Origin: Eledone cirrhosa
Lineage: Eukaryota
Assembly (NCBI GenBank): GCA_964016885.1
Contig: CAXHJY010001109.1
Location: 1-64,000, forward strand
Length of the DNA stretch: 64,000 bases
Reading direction: 5' to 3'
The translations under genes were made by a program, and so were the position numbers. Below are positions 52,301-64,000 of the stretch, one piece after another. Numbering within the stretch: the first letter of the stretch is position 1; each line of letters begins with the position of its first letter. The notes beneath the pieces were generated by a model. The model was not told the origin of the DNA and made no database searches. It saw only the letters and a program-made list of their open reading frames with translations.

Positions 52301-53198
52301 TCAGTGGAGACTCCACTTCGTCATTCTATAGAGGGTTGGTCCGCAGCAAGTGCGACGACGCGCTCGGTGAAACTCTAGGCGTGGAGGAAGATGAACTGGC
52401 CAGTCTGTTCGGTAGGACCTTCCGCCCGGGACCGATGGACAACTTCCAAAAGTCCCTGGCCTGGCAGTGCTACCGAGGAGCTCTACCAGTTCGAGACAAG
52501 CTCTACAGACATGGGCGCCCGGGCAGGGACCCTGCAAAAAAGATCTGTCCGAGGTGCGTGCGAGACGAAGAAACCGTCGCGCACGCATTGATACACTGCC
52601 CGGGCGTCACTGACCTGTGGGGCTATGTAGAACGACTATTGTCGCGGGTGGGACCAATCCAGTTGACCACCGAGTCCATTGTCATGATCAAACCGCCACC
52701 CTCCTTCAAAAACGAAGGAGAGGCGGTTTTCCTTTGTGTGATAGCTATGGCGAAAGAGGTTGTATGGTGGACAAGGTTGAAAGGGCTGAGGTCAGACACC
52801 TTTCTCTCCGGCCAACAACTGATTCTTTTTTTCAAATACCACTTTGGAAGAAGAATCAGGATGGAGAGAGAGGTGCTGTACCCCAGCAAGTTTTATGAAA
52901 GGTGGGTGAAAGTGGCGAGAATGGCCCGAGTGAATGGGCCTTCTCTCTATATCAGCCTGTAGGTTGAGGAAAAGGAGGAGGAGAGGAAAGGAGTACAAGC
53001 TCTTCGTACTCCTGGAGATGAGGGTTGCACATTTTTTTCGGGGGTCTGTGTTACCCATATAAACTGTCTCCCTCTATTGGGGAAAATCGACTAACTTTTA
53101 AATTCCATCTGTGATAACATTTTACACGTTTTTATTGTATGTAAACTTCCCCCTTTGTATTTGTCCCCTTCTTTTGTGCCCCTGTGGCTAATAAAGAA
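49348..53198 (+). mobile_element. Tx1/L1-clade LINE: ORF1 tail, full ORF2, 3'UTR
   Basis: Pro-rich ORF1 end overlaps the ORF2 ATG; 3'UTR ends aataaagaaa(ta)n. Confidence 0.92.
49525..52962 (+). CDS. LINE ORF2: APE endonuclease, reverse transcriptase, CCHC; 1145 aa, uninterrupted
   Basis: NVRGL, GDWN, YLDR, SDH; KSPGLDG, FRPITLLN, LDQSKAFD, RQGCPLS, YADD; CPRC..ETVAHALIHC. Confidence 0.95.
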   Translation: MANIRVGCVNVRGLGMPWKQGKLLNDLRSHSLDVVAICESRIHGERQLAPIFDDFEIYASLCQPGGGGGVAVLLRKHLGLVTQTVHLDPEGRLVVLDVDGSEGGAFRLVAAYAPSGTPRPDFFKRLETFLGTSRSLLLVGDWNGILDARWDYVGACPDKGGCNSLKQLIDRFDLADRYRLDFPTAPLWTWSNRSGTSRSYLDRVLVRNKDRDMLSCPQMFMVAYSDHKLVTCMANLDRTHRQGPGYWKLNLSLPTSKAYSRRISTLVKQHLTGAIVNNRWWYSLKRAVRLDSIVFSKELALDRNRTEKELVDKVEEAIRSGNVASVLATRTALDQFFDAKHEGCVVRSKIRALGNEGAKAVSWARVTEAKSGNKSTIRSLKDQNGRVIREPKQMCAAFQRHFARLFGGSGAPGEAMDFGPYLDGLPRLSDSEAKFCEKPISATEIGDALSQCGKRKSPGLDGLPYEFYVAMPDLFSGLLEAVYCNWQQNGRIPSSVAGGVVTLIRKDENKGDDIGNFRPITLLNTELQILAKVLAKRLALVVENLVGEAQTCAIPTRSILDNLHLMRYIIERVGCKPGFGGALINLDQSKAFDRVDHRYLDAVLEAAGFGPVFRSWIAAMHNSNICSRVKVNGYLSEPFHITRSIRQGCPLSSLLYVLTLEPLLRKLELLQGIPLEPGLRKAASAYADDVTVMVSSASQIEEVGTLLKEYESLTGAKLNRDKSIGLQLGSWRGRPMPSDGVVGRWTEGPVKLLGVWFGPDLQVEKNWNEVTAKVFALTQKWAECKLSLKGRAEVANTFIASAIYYRLTVVPCPAKTLAKMERALFRFLWKRRAPLVRRSICCQHPSNGGLGMPWLTMRKHALRLRHLYVFLTGQPVWAPFVRRAFPRLVSLTELQSWVKQRPRKMGDWHIECAQALTALWQADPAISGDSTSSFYRGLVRSKCDDALGETLGVEEDELASLFGRTFRPGPMDNFQKSLAWQCYRGALPVRDKLYRHGRPGRDPAKKICPRCVRDEETVAHALIHCPGVTDLWGYVERLLSRVGPIQLTTESIVMIKPPPSFKNEGEAVFLCVIAMAKEVVWWTRLKGLRSDTFLSGQQLILFFKYHFGRRIRMEREVLYPSKFYERWVKVARMARVNGPSLYISL

Positions 53199-53251
<53 letters not shown>

Positions 53252-53577
53252 GTATATATATGTCTATATATGTATATATATATATATATATATATGTCTA
53301 TATATGTATATATATAATATGTATATATATGTCTATATATGTCTAAATATATATAATATGTATATATATGTATATATATATATGTCTATATATATATATA
53401 TGTCTATATATATGTCTTTATATATATATATACATATATATACATATATATACATATATATACATATACATACATATATATACATATATATACATATATA
53501 TACATATACATACATATATATACATGTATATGTATATGTATGTATATGTATATATATATATATACATATATATATAT

Positions 53578-53910
53578 GGAGGCACATGGCTTAGAGCATT
53601 GGCCTTGCAATCGAAAGGTTGTGAGTTCAATTCTCAGACCGGGTGATGTGTTGTTTCCTTGAGCAAGACACTTTATTTCACATTGCTCCAGTTTACTCAG
53701 CTGTAGAAATGAGATGTTAGGGACTGGGGTCCCTATCATTCCACTGCAAAGTGGTCGTGGAGGTGCCACAGCAAAAAAGCACCCAGCACTCACTGTAAAT
53801 GAGGTTAGTGTTAGGAAGGGCATCCAGCTGTAGAAATCAAGCCAGAATCAGTTCCCGTCTCACCCTTGCAAGCAAGGAAAAGTGGACGTAAAATGAAATG
53901 ATGATGATGA
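53578..53910 (+). mobile_element. tRNA/CORE SINE with RTE-derived tail
   Basis: B-box gagttcaattc; ccttgagcaagacactt..cagtttactcagctgtagaaatg resembles the MIR CORE; gttaggaagggcatccagctgtagaaa..(atg)n. Confidence 0.85.
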
Positions 53911-53964
53911 TATGTATATCAATGTTTTCTATAGCTTTCATTTATATATATATATATATTTATA

Positions 53965-54280
53965 TTTATGTGTACACGTACATATATGTATACAGACGTA
54001 CAGTAGTACGTATATATATATACATACATGCACACATATATATATATGCACGTATGGATTCACCGAACATTTATTATAATGCCCGGTGTGTTTGTAAACA
54101 AACATCCCGTATTAAGTAGTGTCCAGCAACCATCGTTGCTCGTTTGTTCAACACTGACAAAGGAACACTGTACTAGTTTCAAGCTTATTATATATATAAA
54201 CAAACGAGCAACGATGGTTGCTAGACACTACGGCTTAATACGGGATGTTTGTTTACAAACACACCGAGCATTATAATAAA
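53965..54280. mobile_element. Diverged relative of the 478-bp HHR family, broken in HHR stem II and inverted
   Basis: ..ggaacactgtactagtttcaagctt ends at ~54186; 54200-54280 is the reverse complement of ~54070-54148. Confidence 0.75.
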
Positions 54281-54960
54281 TTGACATATGTTTCTGTAAC
54301 AGACGGAATACCTATGTATCGCTGCTTGCGTAATCATATAATACTAGCACGTAATCGATAGCAAATGTATAATCAGTTGTCACTTCTTCAGAGATATTGG
54401 ATAAATTGGAAAAAATCAGAAAAATCAAAGTATTTATATTAGTCGTAAGAAAGGCGAGATTTGAAGGAGGTAGCTGTAGACCCCACATAGTACCACTTCT
54501 GGCTACCCGATTCGATAGTACATTTGTATATGATGTTGCGTTCAAGACACTGATTATTCAACAGACACATTCCTGGTTGGACACAGTTACAGTTATAATT
54601 ATGCGCAGTTGTAATACCATGGATGGGTTTATGAGGTTGCTTAGGTAGGTCGGGATGTTGTTTGTTGTTTTGTGATGTTATAGCCGATGTTTTACGTGTA
54701 TTGTTATGTGTTGGAAAGCAATCTTATAAAAACCCACCCTCAAACTCACTTTTGGATGCATTTGAACAGGACCTAATGGATATGATCATGGGGATCATAC
54801 ATAGGTATTCCGTCTGTTACAGAAACATATGTCAATACCTAATAAATTCCTTTATAAAAGCACTTTCATTTTATATTCATCTCTTCTACATTTTCTCCGG
54901 AATATAATTTATACTCGTTGAGCAAACCTACATGTACGCTGTTCATCTCTAATATGACGA
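54281..54960. mobile_element. Scrambled PLE remnant
   Basis: Minus ~54448-54600 encodes CNCVQPGMCLLNNQCLERNIIYKC..YVGSTATSFKSR (GIY-YIG); plus 54730-54790 encodes PPSNSLLDAFEQDLMDMI; inverted repeat 54281-54320/54797-54835. Confidence 0.7.
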
Positions 54961-54989
54961 TATATTATCACTACATTATTGATAACTTG

Positions 54990-55163
<174 letters not shown>

Positions 55164-55232
55164 TATATATATATATACACACACATAAAAAGACACACAC
55201 ATATATACATATATATATATATACACACACAC

Positions 55233-55280
<48 letters not shown>

Positions 55281-55345
55281 TATATATATATACACACATA
55301 AAAAGACACACACATATATACATATATATATATATACACACACAC

Positions 55346-55389
<44 letters not shown>

Positions 55390-55555
55390 TATTTGAGGTC
55401 AAATACCAACCCTACTAGCATCTACAAACTGACCAATGAGAATTAAGATTATTCCTGCTGACAACATTAAATTATTCCTAACAAGCTCATATGTCCCAAA
55501 GCTCTGATACAATCAACACTATAAACACAGAGCTGGCATATCTAAGAACTGACTA

Positions 55556-55611
55556 ACTGCCTGATGAGGTCATAGCCACTCAATGGCTATCATCGAAATA
55601 TATATAGCAGT
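55556..55611 (+). ncRNA. Type I hammerhead ribozyme in an isolated pLTR-like remnant
   Basis: actgc CTGATGA ggt-c-atagcca-ctcaa-tggctat-c-atc GAAA TATATA TA^ gcagt. Confidence 0.85.
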
Positions 55612-55683
55612 AAATAAAGGATTATGAGTTCATGCAATTGACTTATGTTTCGCCACTATATATATATATATATACATATATAT

Positions 55684-55735
<52 letters not shown>

Positions 55736-56044
55736 TTAATATAGATGATATTCTACAAGACTAGAACTGTTTCATTCTTTAGAAATCATCAGGAATCTGG
55801 CTTTCCAGAAATAAATGTGGTGGTATTTATAGCAATGTTCAGGTGGTAGGAGAGGGTGGGGAGTGGGATGGGTAGAGGTCATTGGTATATAGAAAAGGGA
55901 ATTCATTAAAAGCTAATTCTTCTCAAATTTATATTTAGAGTGACAAAGGCAGAAAGAATTCTATAAACAAGTTCAGAATGGGGTGCCACTCATTATTTTT
56001 AAGTTTCTCTTAAGCTATATTCCAGGTGTCAACAGACACATTCA

Positions 56045-56522
<478 letters not shown>

Positions 56523-56967
56523 TATACACATATATATATATATATATATACACAGTTCAAGAGTAACCAATCTTAAAGAGAGAGGTGGTGATAGGAGAGG
56601 AGAGATTGGTGAATTCGTTAGAAGCCAAAGCGTCAAGGCATTGTCTGCCATAATCAAGCAGTATTCTTCTGTCAAGGCTGCATTGTGTGAGATCTTATGG
56701 AGTAGCGGACATTTGATTGGCAGTATCGGTAGAGAGTCGGACACCATGCTTTGAAGCAAAGAGTAACGTCCCTTTATGATCTGAGTTCAAATCCCGCCGA
56801 GGTTAACTTTGCCTTTCATCCTTACGGGGTCGATAAAATAAAGTCCCAGTAATGTACTGGGTAATACACATATATATATATACACATATATATATATACA
56901 TATACACACACACATACACACGTATATATACACACACACATATATATATATATATACATATACACAA

Positions 56968-57000
<33 letters not shown>

Positions 57001-57007
57001 TAGATAC

Positions 57008-57038
<31 letters not shown>

Positions 57039-57049
57039 CATATATATAT

Positions 57050-57727
57050 ATTAATGTTAATTCTAACCACCCCAAAAACATCACTGATAACTTAGTAAAA
57101 TGCGTCTCTATTAGAATCTCTGGCCTCTCTGCCAATGAAGATATTTTTAACGCCTCTGCTTCCTACTACAATGACACCCTCGCCCGCAGCGGATTTAAAG
57201 AAAAGATAACCTACCTAGAAACCACCGCAAGACTGCAGAGGAGGAATAGGCATAGGCAGATTAGCTGGTACAACCCTCCCTTCAATAGAGAGGTCTCTAC
57301 ACCTATAGCTAGGATTTTCTTCACTTTGCTGAACACACACTTCCCCATACAACATAGGTACTACACCATCTTTAATAAGAAAACAATAAGACTCTCCTAC
57401 TCCACCACACCTAACCTAGCTAGGAATATAGCCAATCACAATTCTAAAAAATTAAATAAGCCAACCACCTCCGAACCCAATCCCCGGACTGGGGCCTTGT
57501 GTAATTGCCTAATTAAGGAAGCCTGCCCACTTGAAAACAAATGCCTGACAAATGTTATCGTATACAAATGCAATGTCATCTCAAGCACCGATGATTGCAA
57601 CAAAAAGACTTACATCAGCATGACTTCCAATAACTTTAAGACCTGTTGGTATGCCCATACCCACTCCTTCAGAAGACCGGACAAATCAAACCAGACAACA
57701 CTCGCCTCCTATGTTTGGGACCTAGAG
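57050..57727 (+). mobile_element. PLE fragment (thumb and GIY-YIG)
   Basis: [37 protein letters not shown]. Confidence 0.88.
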
Positions 57728-57758
57728 TGTTTTCCATTTAAGCGTGAAGGGAGTGGAG

Positions 57759-59081
<1,323 letters not shown>

Positions 59082-61850
59082 CAGGTAACTGACCTTGTGG
59101 GCTTATTTTTAATCAATTCGCTACATGGGAAAATACCTGGTACTACCGGAGGTTTATATAGGGATGACATGCTTTTACTTATTAATAATAATAACCCTGA
59201 ACTAAATAGAAAATGTAAACAAATTACAAAATTTTTTAATTACTTTAACCTTAAAATAGAAATTGAGAACAACCATAGAATAGTCAATTTCCTAGATATA
59301 ACATTAAATCTCAACACATGTCTCCACTATCCTTTTCACAAGTTGAATGAAAACTTAAACTATGTCAACTTTAACTCTAACCACCCCAGATCTGTCAAAA
59401 ACACTATAGTAAACTCAGTTCAAAAACGTATCTCTAGGATCTCGTCGAATAGAAAGATTTTCGACGAAAAGGCCCAATACTATAATGAAGCACTAGCTAG
59501 GGCAGGATATGCTGATAAGATTGTGTACATAGATAATGATAGACAAACTAAACAAAGTAACAACTTTTTTAATTACGGCAACAACATTAACAACTATAAT
59601 AGAAAGCATTACAATAATTCCAAAGGACAAAAAAGAAATAGAACTAGGAACATAATTTGGTTTGCCCCCCCCCCTTTCTCACTAAACATTAAAACCCACA
59701 TCGCTAAATTATTTTTCAAAGCTCTTGATAATCGCTTCCCTAGAACACATAGGTATCACCCAATTTTCAATAGGCATACAATTAAATTAACCTACTCATC
59801 CACCAAAAATTTAGCACAAAATATTAATAGAATAAATAATAGGAACTTAAAACCTACTGATAATAGCATAAATAATATACAAGTTAACAAATGTAACTGT
59901 AGAGATAGATCTAAATGTCCGTTAAATAACAACTGCTTAGTTAAAAATATAGTATACAATTGTAATGTTAATACTGACTCTAATTCTTTTAACTACGTCG
60001 GTTCCACATCGACGGAATTTAAACTTCGCTATAATAACCACAAGAATTCTTTCACAGATCCAAGTAAAAAATCTTCAACGGCACTATCAGGCGTACTCTG
60101 GCAACTTAAGCTAGATAACGTTAGATATTCGACGGCTTGGAATATAGTCTCAAGAGGGATCCCTTTTAATTCATCCTCTGAGACATGTGACCTCTGCGCA
60201 GAGGAGATATTCTTTATACTAAAATCTAAAAATTCCCTTAACCTACGGACAAATTTATTCAGTTGTTGCAAACATAGATTAAACTCAACGTTTAAATATA
60301 AATTTAAATTTAAAATGTAGTATATTTAGTTTGATTTATATTTATATGGGAAACTAGCCGATAAATTTTTGATTCCTAAATCTTTGATTCCTTCTTTTTA
60401 CTCTTTTTTTATTGTTTATTTTTATTTTATTTTTATCTAAACATTCCTCATGAAAAATTAAGCTACCCTAAAAGCTGATGCTCCAAATTTTTTGAATAAA
60501 CCTTGCACTAGATAAACTTCTATATTAAATATAAGAACATATGTAGACATAATTGGACATCATAATCTTTTTGAAATGATCTTTGCTAGATGTGATTTGA
60601 TAGATAATTTTTGGCTTTGTCTTGTAATGAACTTGGCAATATATTGTCAATTAACTTTGAAGGGTTGATCTTTGTGGTTTATTTTTATTTTTATTTTTAT
60701 TTTTATTTTTATTATTGTAGTATTCTATAATATTTTTTGTATTTCTTTAATATGTAAATTTTTAATACGTAATATTTTTTAATACGAAGTATGTTTAATA
60801 TATAATATTTTTATTATGTAATATTCTTTCGTAATATTTTTTTAGTTTTCTATTCTATATTTTTACTTATTATTATTATTGTTATCTTTTTATTTTTAGT
60901 TTTGTTTATGATATATATTTTTATTAGTATATTGAAATCTGCTCTCTATTTCTGCTTGATAGATAATCTTGTAGAGTAATGACAGGAATAATAATACACA
61001 TATTTGTATGCTCAAATTTTTATACCACATTGAGAATGTTTTCCGTGAAATTAGAGTTTGCAGAGTGAATCAGTTGGATTCGCATGGATGTTTGTAGCTG
61101 TCACATAAACATATGAATTTTTTAAAACTAAACATAAGATAATTAATTTTCACACATTATGGATACTTGTCTCATTCAGGAATACTGATATTTACAATAT
61201 AGTGTAAGTTTTATAAATACTAATACATTAAAACATAGGGTTTTTACGCCTCGAATATATCTGGCTATTTTTAAATTTTTTTTCTCTCGCTATTTTTTTT
61301 CCTCTCTCTATATTTTTTCTCTCTATATACTTGAGCTAAATAAATAAATAAATAAATAAACGTATCATTGATACATTTACTCAAAATGACCTCCCACTAC
61401 CTAATTTTCTATATATATATGTATCTATCTCTATTTCCTCTCTCTCTATATATATATCTCTTTCTGTTTCTTTACATGAAGTTCTTCGCTTTATCTATCT
61501 TTCCATCTCTCTATTTTGTTCCATGCATTTCCTCTTTCTCTTCTTTTTCTTCCTTTTCTTCGTTTTCTGTTTTTCTTTCTGTTTTCTCTCTTTCTTTCTC
61601 TCTGTGTAAAATTTTCTCACTGCCAGCTTAAACCTCTTCAAATGAAGTCGGTGTTATAACGGTATGTCGAATCTATTTATCTATAAAACTGTTTATATTG
61701 TATTTTGTCTGATGAAGGCATAGCATATTGTTAATATGATATCCCCGAAATATATATAATGAAATAAATATGGTTTTATAAATATAGTTTTCCATTTATT
61801 TAATATTTAATATTGTAATATACTCCAAATATGTGTCGAGTGCTTTTATA
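59082..61850 (+). mobile_element. 5'-truncated Penelope-like element (ORF 59097-60320, long AT-rich 3'UTR/pLTR)
   Basis: GLYRDD, NFLDITL, SNHP, IIWF.PPFS, CNC..CPL, IVYNC..YVGST..FKLRY, CDLC. Confidence 0.92.
61701..61766 (+). ncRNA. Type I hammerhead ribozyme in PLE pLTR
   Basis: tattttgt CTGATGA agg..catatt-gtt-aatatg..ccc GAAA TATATA TA^ atgaaata; base of stem II imperfect. Confidence 0.75.
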
Positions 61851-61907
61851 TCAGTTATAAATGTTTACTAGTTGTAACCCAACAATTTTAAATATAACTT
61901 TCCATAC

Positions 61908-61972
<65 letters not shown>

Positions 61973-62168
61973 TGTGTGTACAAGCATACACATACACACA
62001 CACATACATACATTCACACAAACATACAACGTACATACACATACATGAATGCACTCCACTACATATTCACACACGCAAATAAATATAAGAAAAAAATATA
62101 TAAATATATATTAACAAATTTTTGACAGCGATACATGCCCCAGCTAATTTATATTTATACTCGGATTC

Positions 62169-62780
62169 TTTTCCTAGAGTGCTTAAACTATCTGTGACTA
62201 ATCCCGGTTTTTTTCATAAAAACTGTGATAATTATTGCTATTTTGCTGAACTCCTTTGTAGAGTTTTTTTTTCAGAATGTATTTGACTGCTATTTCTTGT
62301 AAATAAACATTCACTTCCATCCTGACGTCACTAGCCCCGTTTTTTCCTCGTGTGCTTTTTCATAAATACACATGAAGGCGAACTAGCCAGTTTTAGAATT
62401 CCCTTTTTCGGATTATATTACTGTGAGAGCCCTGGTTTTCTGTTGAGCTCTGCTGATGATTGAAATTCCAACCGTGACCATCTCCACTGAAAGTTTTCAT
62501 GAAATAGTCTTTTAAGACTATACAGAGCATTTGATGTTATTCCAAATTGAAGGATAAGTGTTTCAAACTTTATTTTATCATGAGTTAAAGGTCTATAGAT
62601 TTTCCCTGGATTTTACTAAATTCTGTGGATGAATTTATATCCTGATTCTCTTTTGAGATGAGTTTGAGTTATTTTTCCTAAATCTTTCGTTAACTACTTT
62701 TCCCATCTTGACGTTATAGTCGCATATATGTTATAGAATGCCGTTAGCTTCTTGCTAAAACAATCTCTATACCTCTCATT
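62169..62780 (+). mobile_element. ~610-bp non-coding HHR element, copy 2 (diverged)
   Basis: Colinear with 57759-58370. Confidence 0.8.
62447..62528 (+). ncRNA. Type I hammerhead ribozyme with stable stem III
   Basis: gctctg CTGATGA ttgaaa..tttcat GAAA tagtctt-tt-aagacta TA^ cagagc. Confidence 0.9.
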
Positions 62781-62934
<154 letters not shown>

Positions 62935-62999
62935 AACATATACGTACATATATACATATATACATATATACACACAAAAATACATACACATACACATAG

Positions 63000-64000
63000 G
63001 TATGTGAAGGGCAAAACAAAAAGAATATATGGGGGGCTAAGAGGAGGTAAAAATATAAGGGGAGGTAAGGGAGAAACATTTTCTTTTAAATATACAAGAG
63101 TACAGAAGGTAGAATCAGCAAAATAAAAACCGTAGCAAAAGTAAAGAGCAGAGAAGGAGTTCAAGGCGGTTGATTTATCGTAGGAGTGTCAATCCAGTTA
63201 CAGGTCAGATGCGATTTCAGATGAGGACAGCATCTGAAGATCTCAGTCTTTGAGTTAAGGCAAGCGGAAGTGGCTCTCGAGTTTAGCAAAATCCTATACT
63301 TTTCTGTGGTACACAAAGAACAATTCTTTGTGCCCCTTTGGTACTCCCTCGAATGGTCTAATATAGACCAATCAATAGAGTACGGGATATTACTATCCTT
63401 GAGATCCCATACCTTACTTGCGAGGGCCGTTGATGTTCGTTTATCTGAATGTTTAAAAGAAGCGACATGTGAGTAAAATCTGGTTTTAAACCTGTCCTGG
63501 GTCATACCGACATATCGCTCACTTCTGGCTGGCTGGTTGTTGATAACTGGCGTTATCTTAGCCTCATAAACGACAGATTTTGTGTTACATTTACCCTGCA
63601 ATGGGCATTCATCCGGCTTCCTGCAACTGCATCCTGGATTTATCCTCGTACGGTTTGAACTGGTGATTTTGGACTTCATGGATGGGCAACAAGAGTAGCT
63701 GATCTTAACTACATTCCTATTAAAAATCTTATAATATCTATGAATAGGAGGAAAATGTTTGTCTAATAGTTCAAGGAATTTCCTTCCTACATTAGTTTTG
63801 ACATTTAGAGAGAAGGGGGGTGTGAACCAAATAATCTTCCTTTTCCTGTTATTATGGTTAGTTTTAGGGGGGGTAGGTAAATAAGAAATATTTTCTGTAA
63901 AACCGCTGTTCTTAAGGGCTTTATTATAATAAGGGGCGGCTTTATTAAAAATGTCTATAGACGAAGATAAGGTAGAAATCCTACGGCTAATGTTAGGAAT
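63000..64000 (-). mobile_element. PLE 3' fragment (thumb and GIY-YIG), runs off the window
   Basis: CSC..CPLQGKC..VVYEA..YVGMT..FKTRF..CSLC. Confidence 0.88.

Noticed and set aside
53578-53650. tRNA gene
   Set aside because: A/B-box-like head continues into a SINE body; no complete cloverleaf.
55760-55800. Minus-strand HHR (CTGATGA tttc-taaa-gaat GAAA cagtt)
   Set aside because: Core and stem II are present but stem I does not pair and stem III is malformed; at best a decayed copy.

Overview
AT-rich, microsatellite-laden eukaryotic DNA. The SINE and RTE families suggest an octopus/coleoid cephalopod (inference). It is mostly retroelement debris: RTE LINEs, Penelope-like elements (PLEs), a Tx1/L1-clade element with an intact 1145-aa ORF2, a 5'-truncated R4/Dong-like element, a CRE-like fragment and tRNA-derived SINEs. 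One clear host gene is present, a single-exon GT31 (beta-1,3-galactosyltransferase-like) ORF at 35980-37185. The main unannotated signal is a set of type I hammerhead ribozyme (HHR) motifs: 10 complete and about 4 broken, all folded by eye. Three lie in PLE 3' ends (pLTRs) and one in an isolated pLTR-like remnant. The other six lie in three non-coding ~480-610 bp families, two of which occur as circularly permuted tandem/inverted copies, resembling PLE-mobilised retrozymes. One HHR has a U3-A8 core variant and one family shows compensatory base changes. Most short YIYIY-type ORFs are microsatellite artefacts. Repeat boundaries are approximate.
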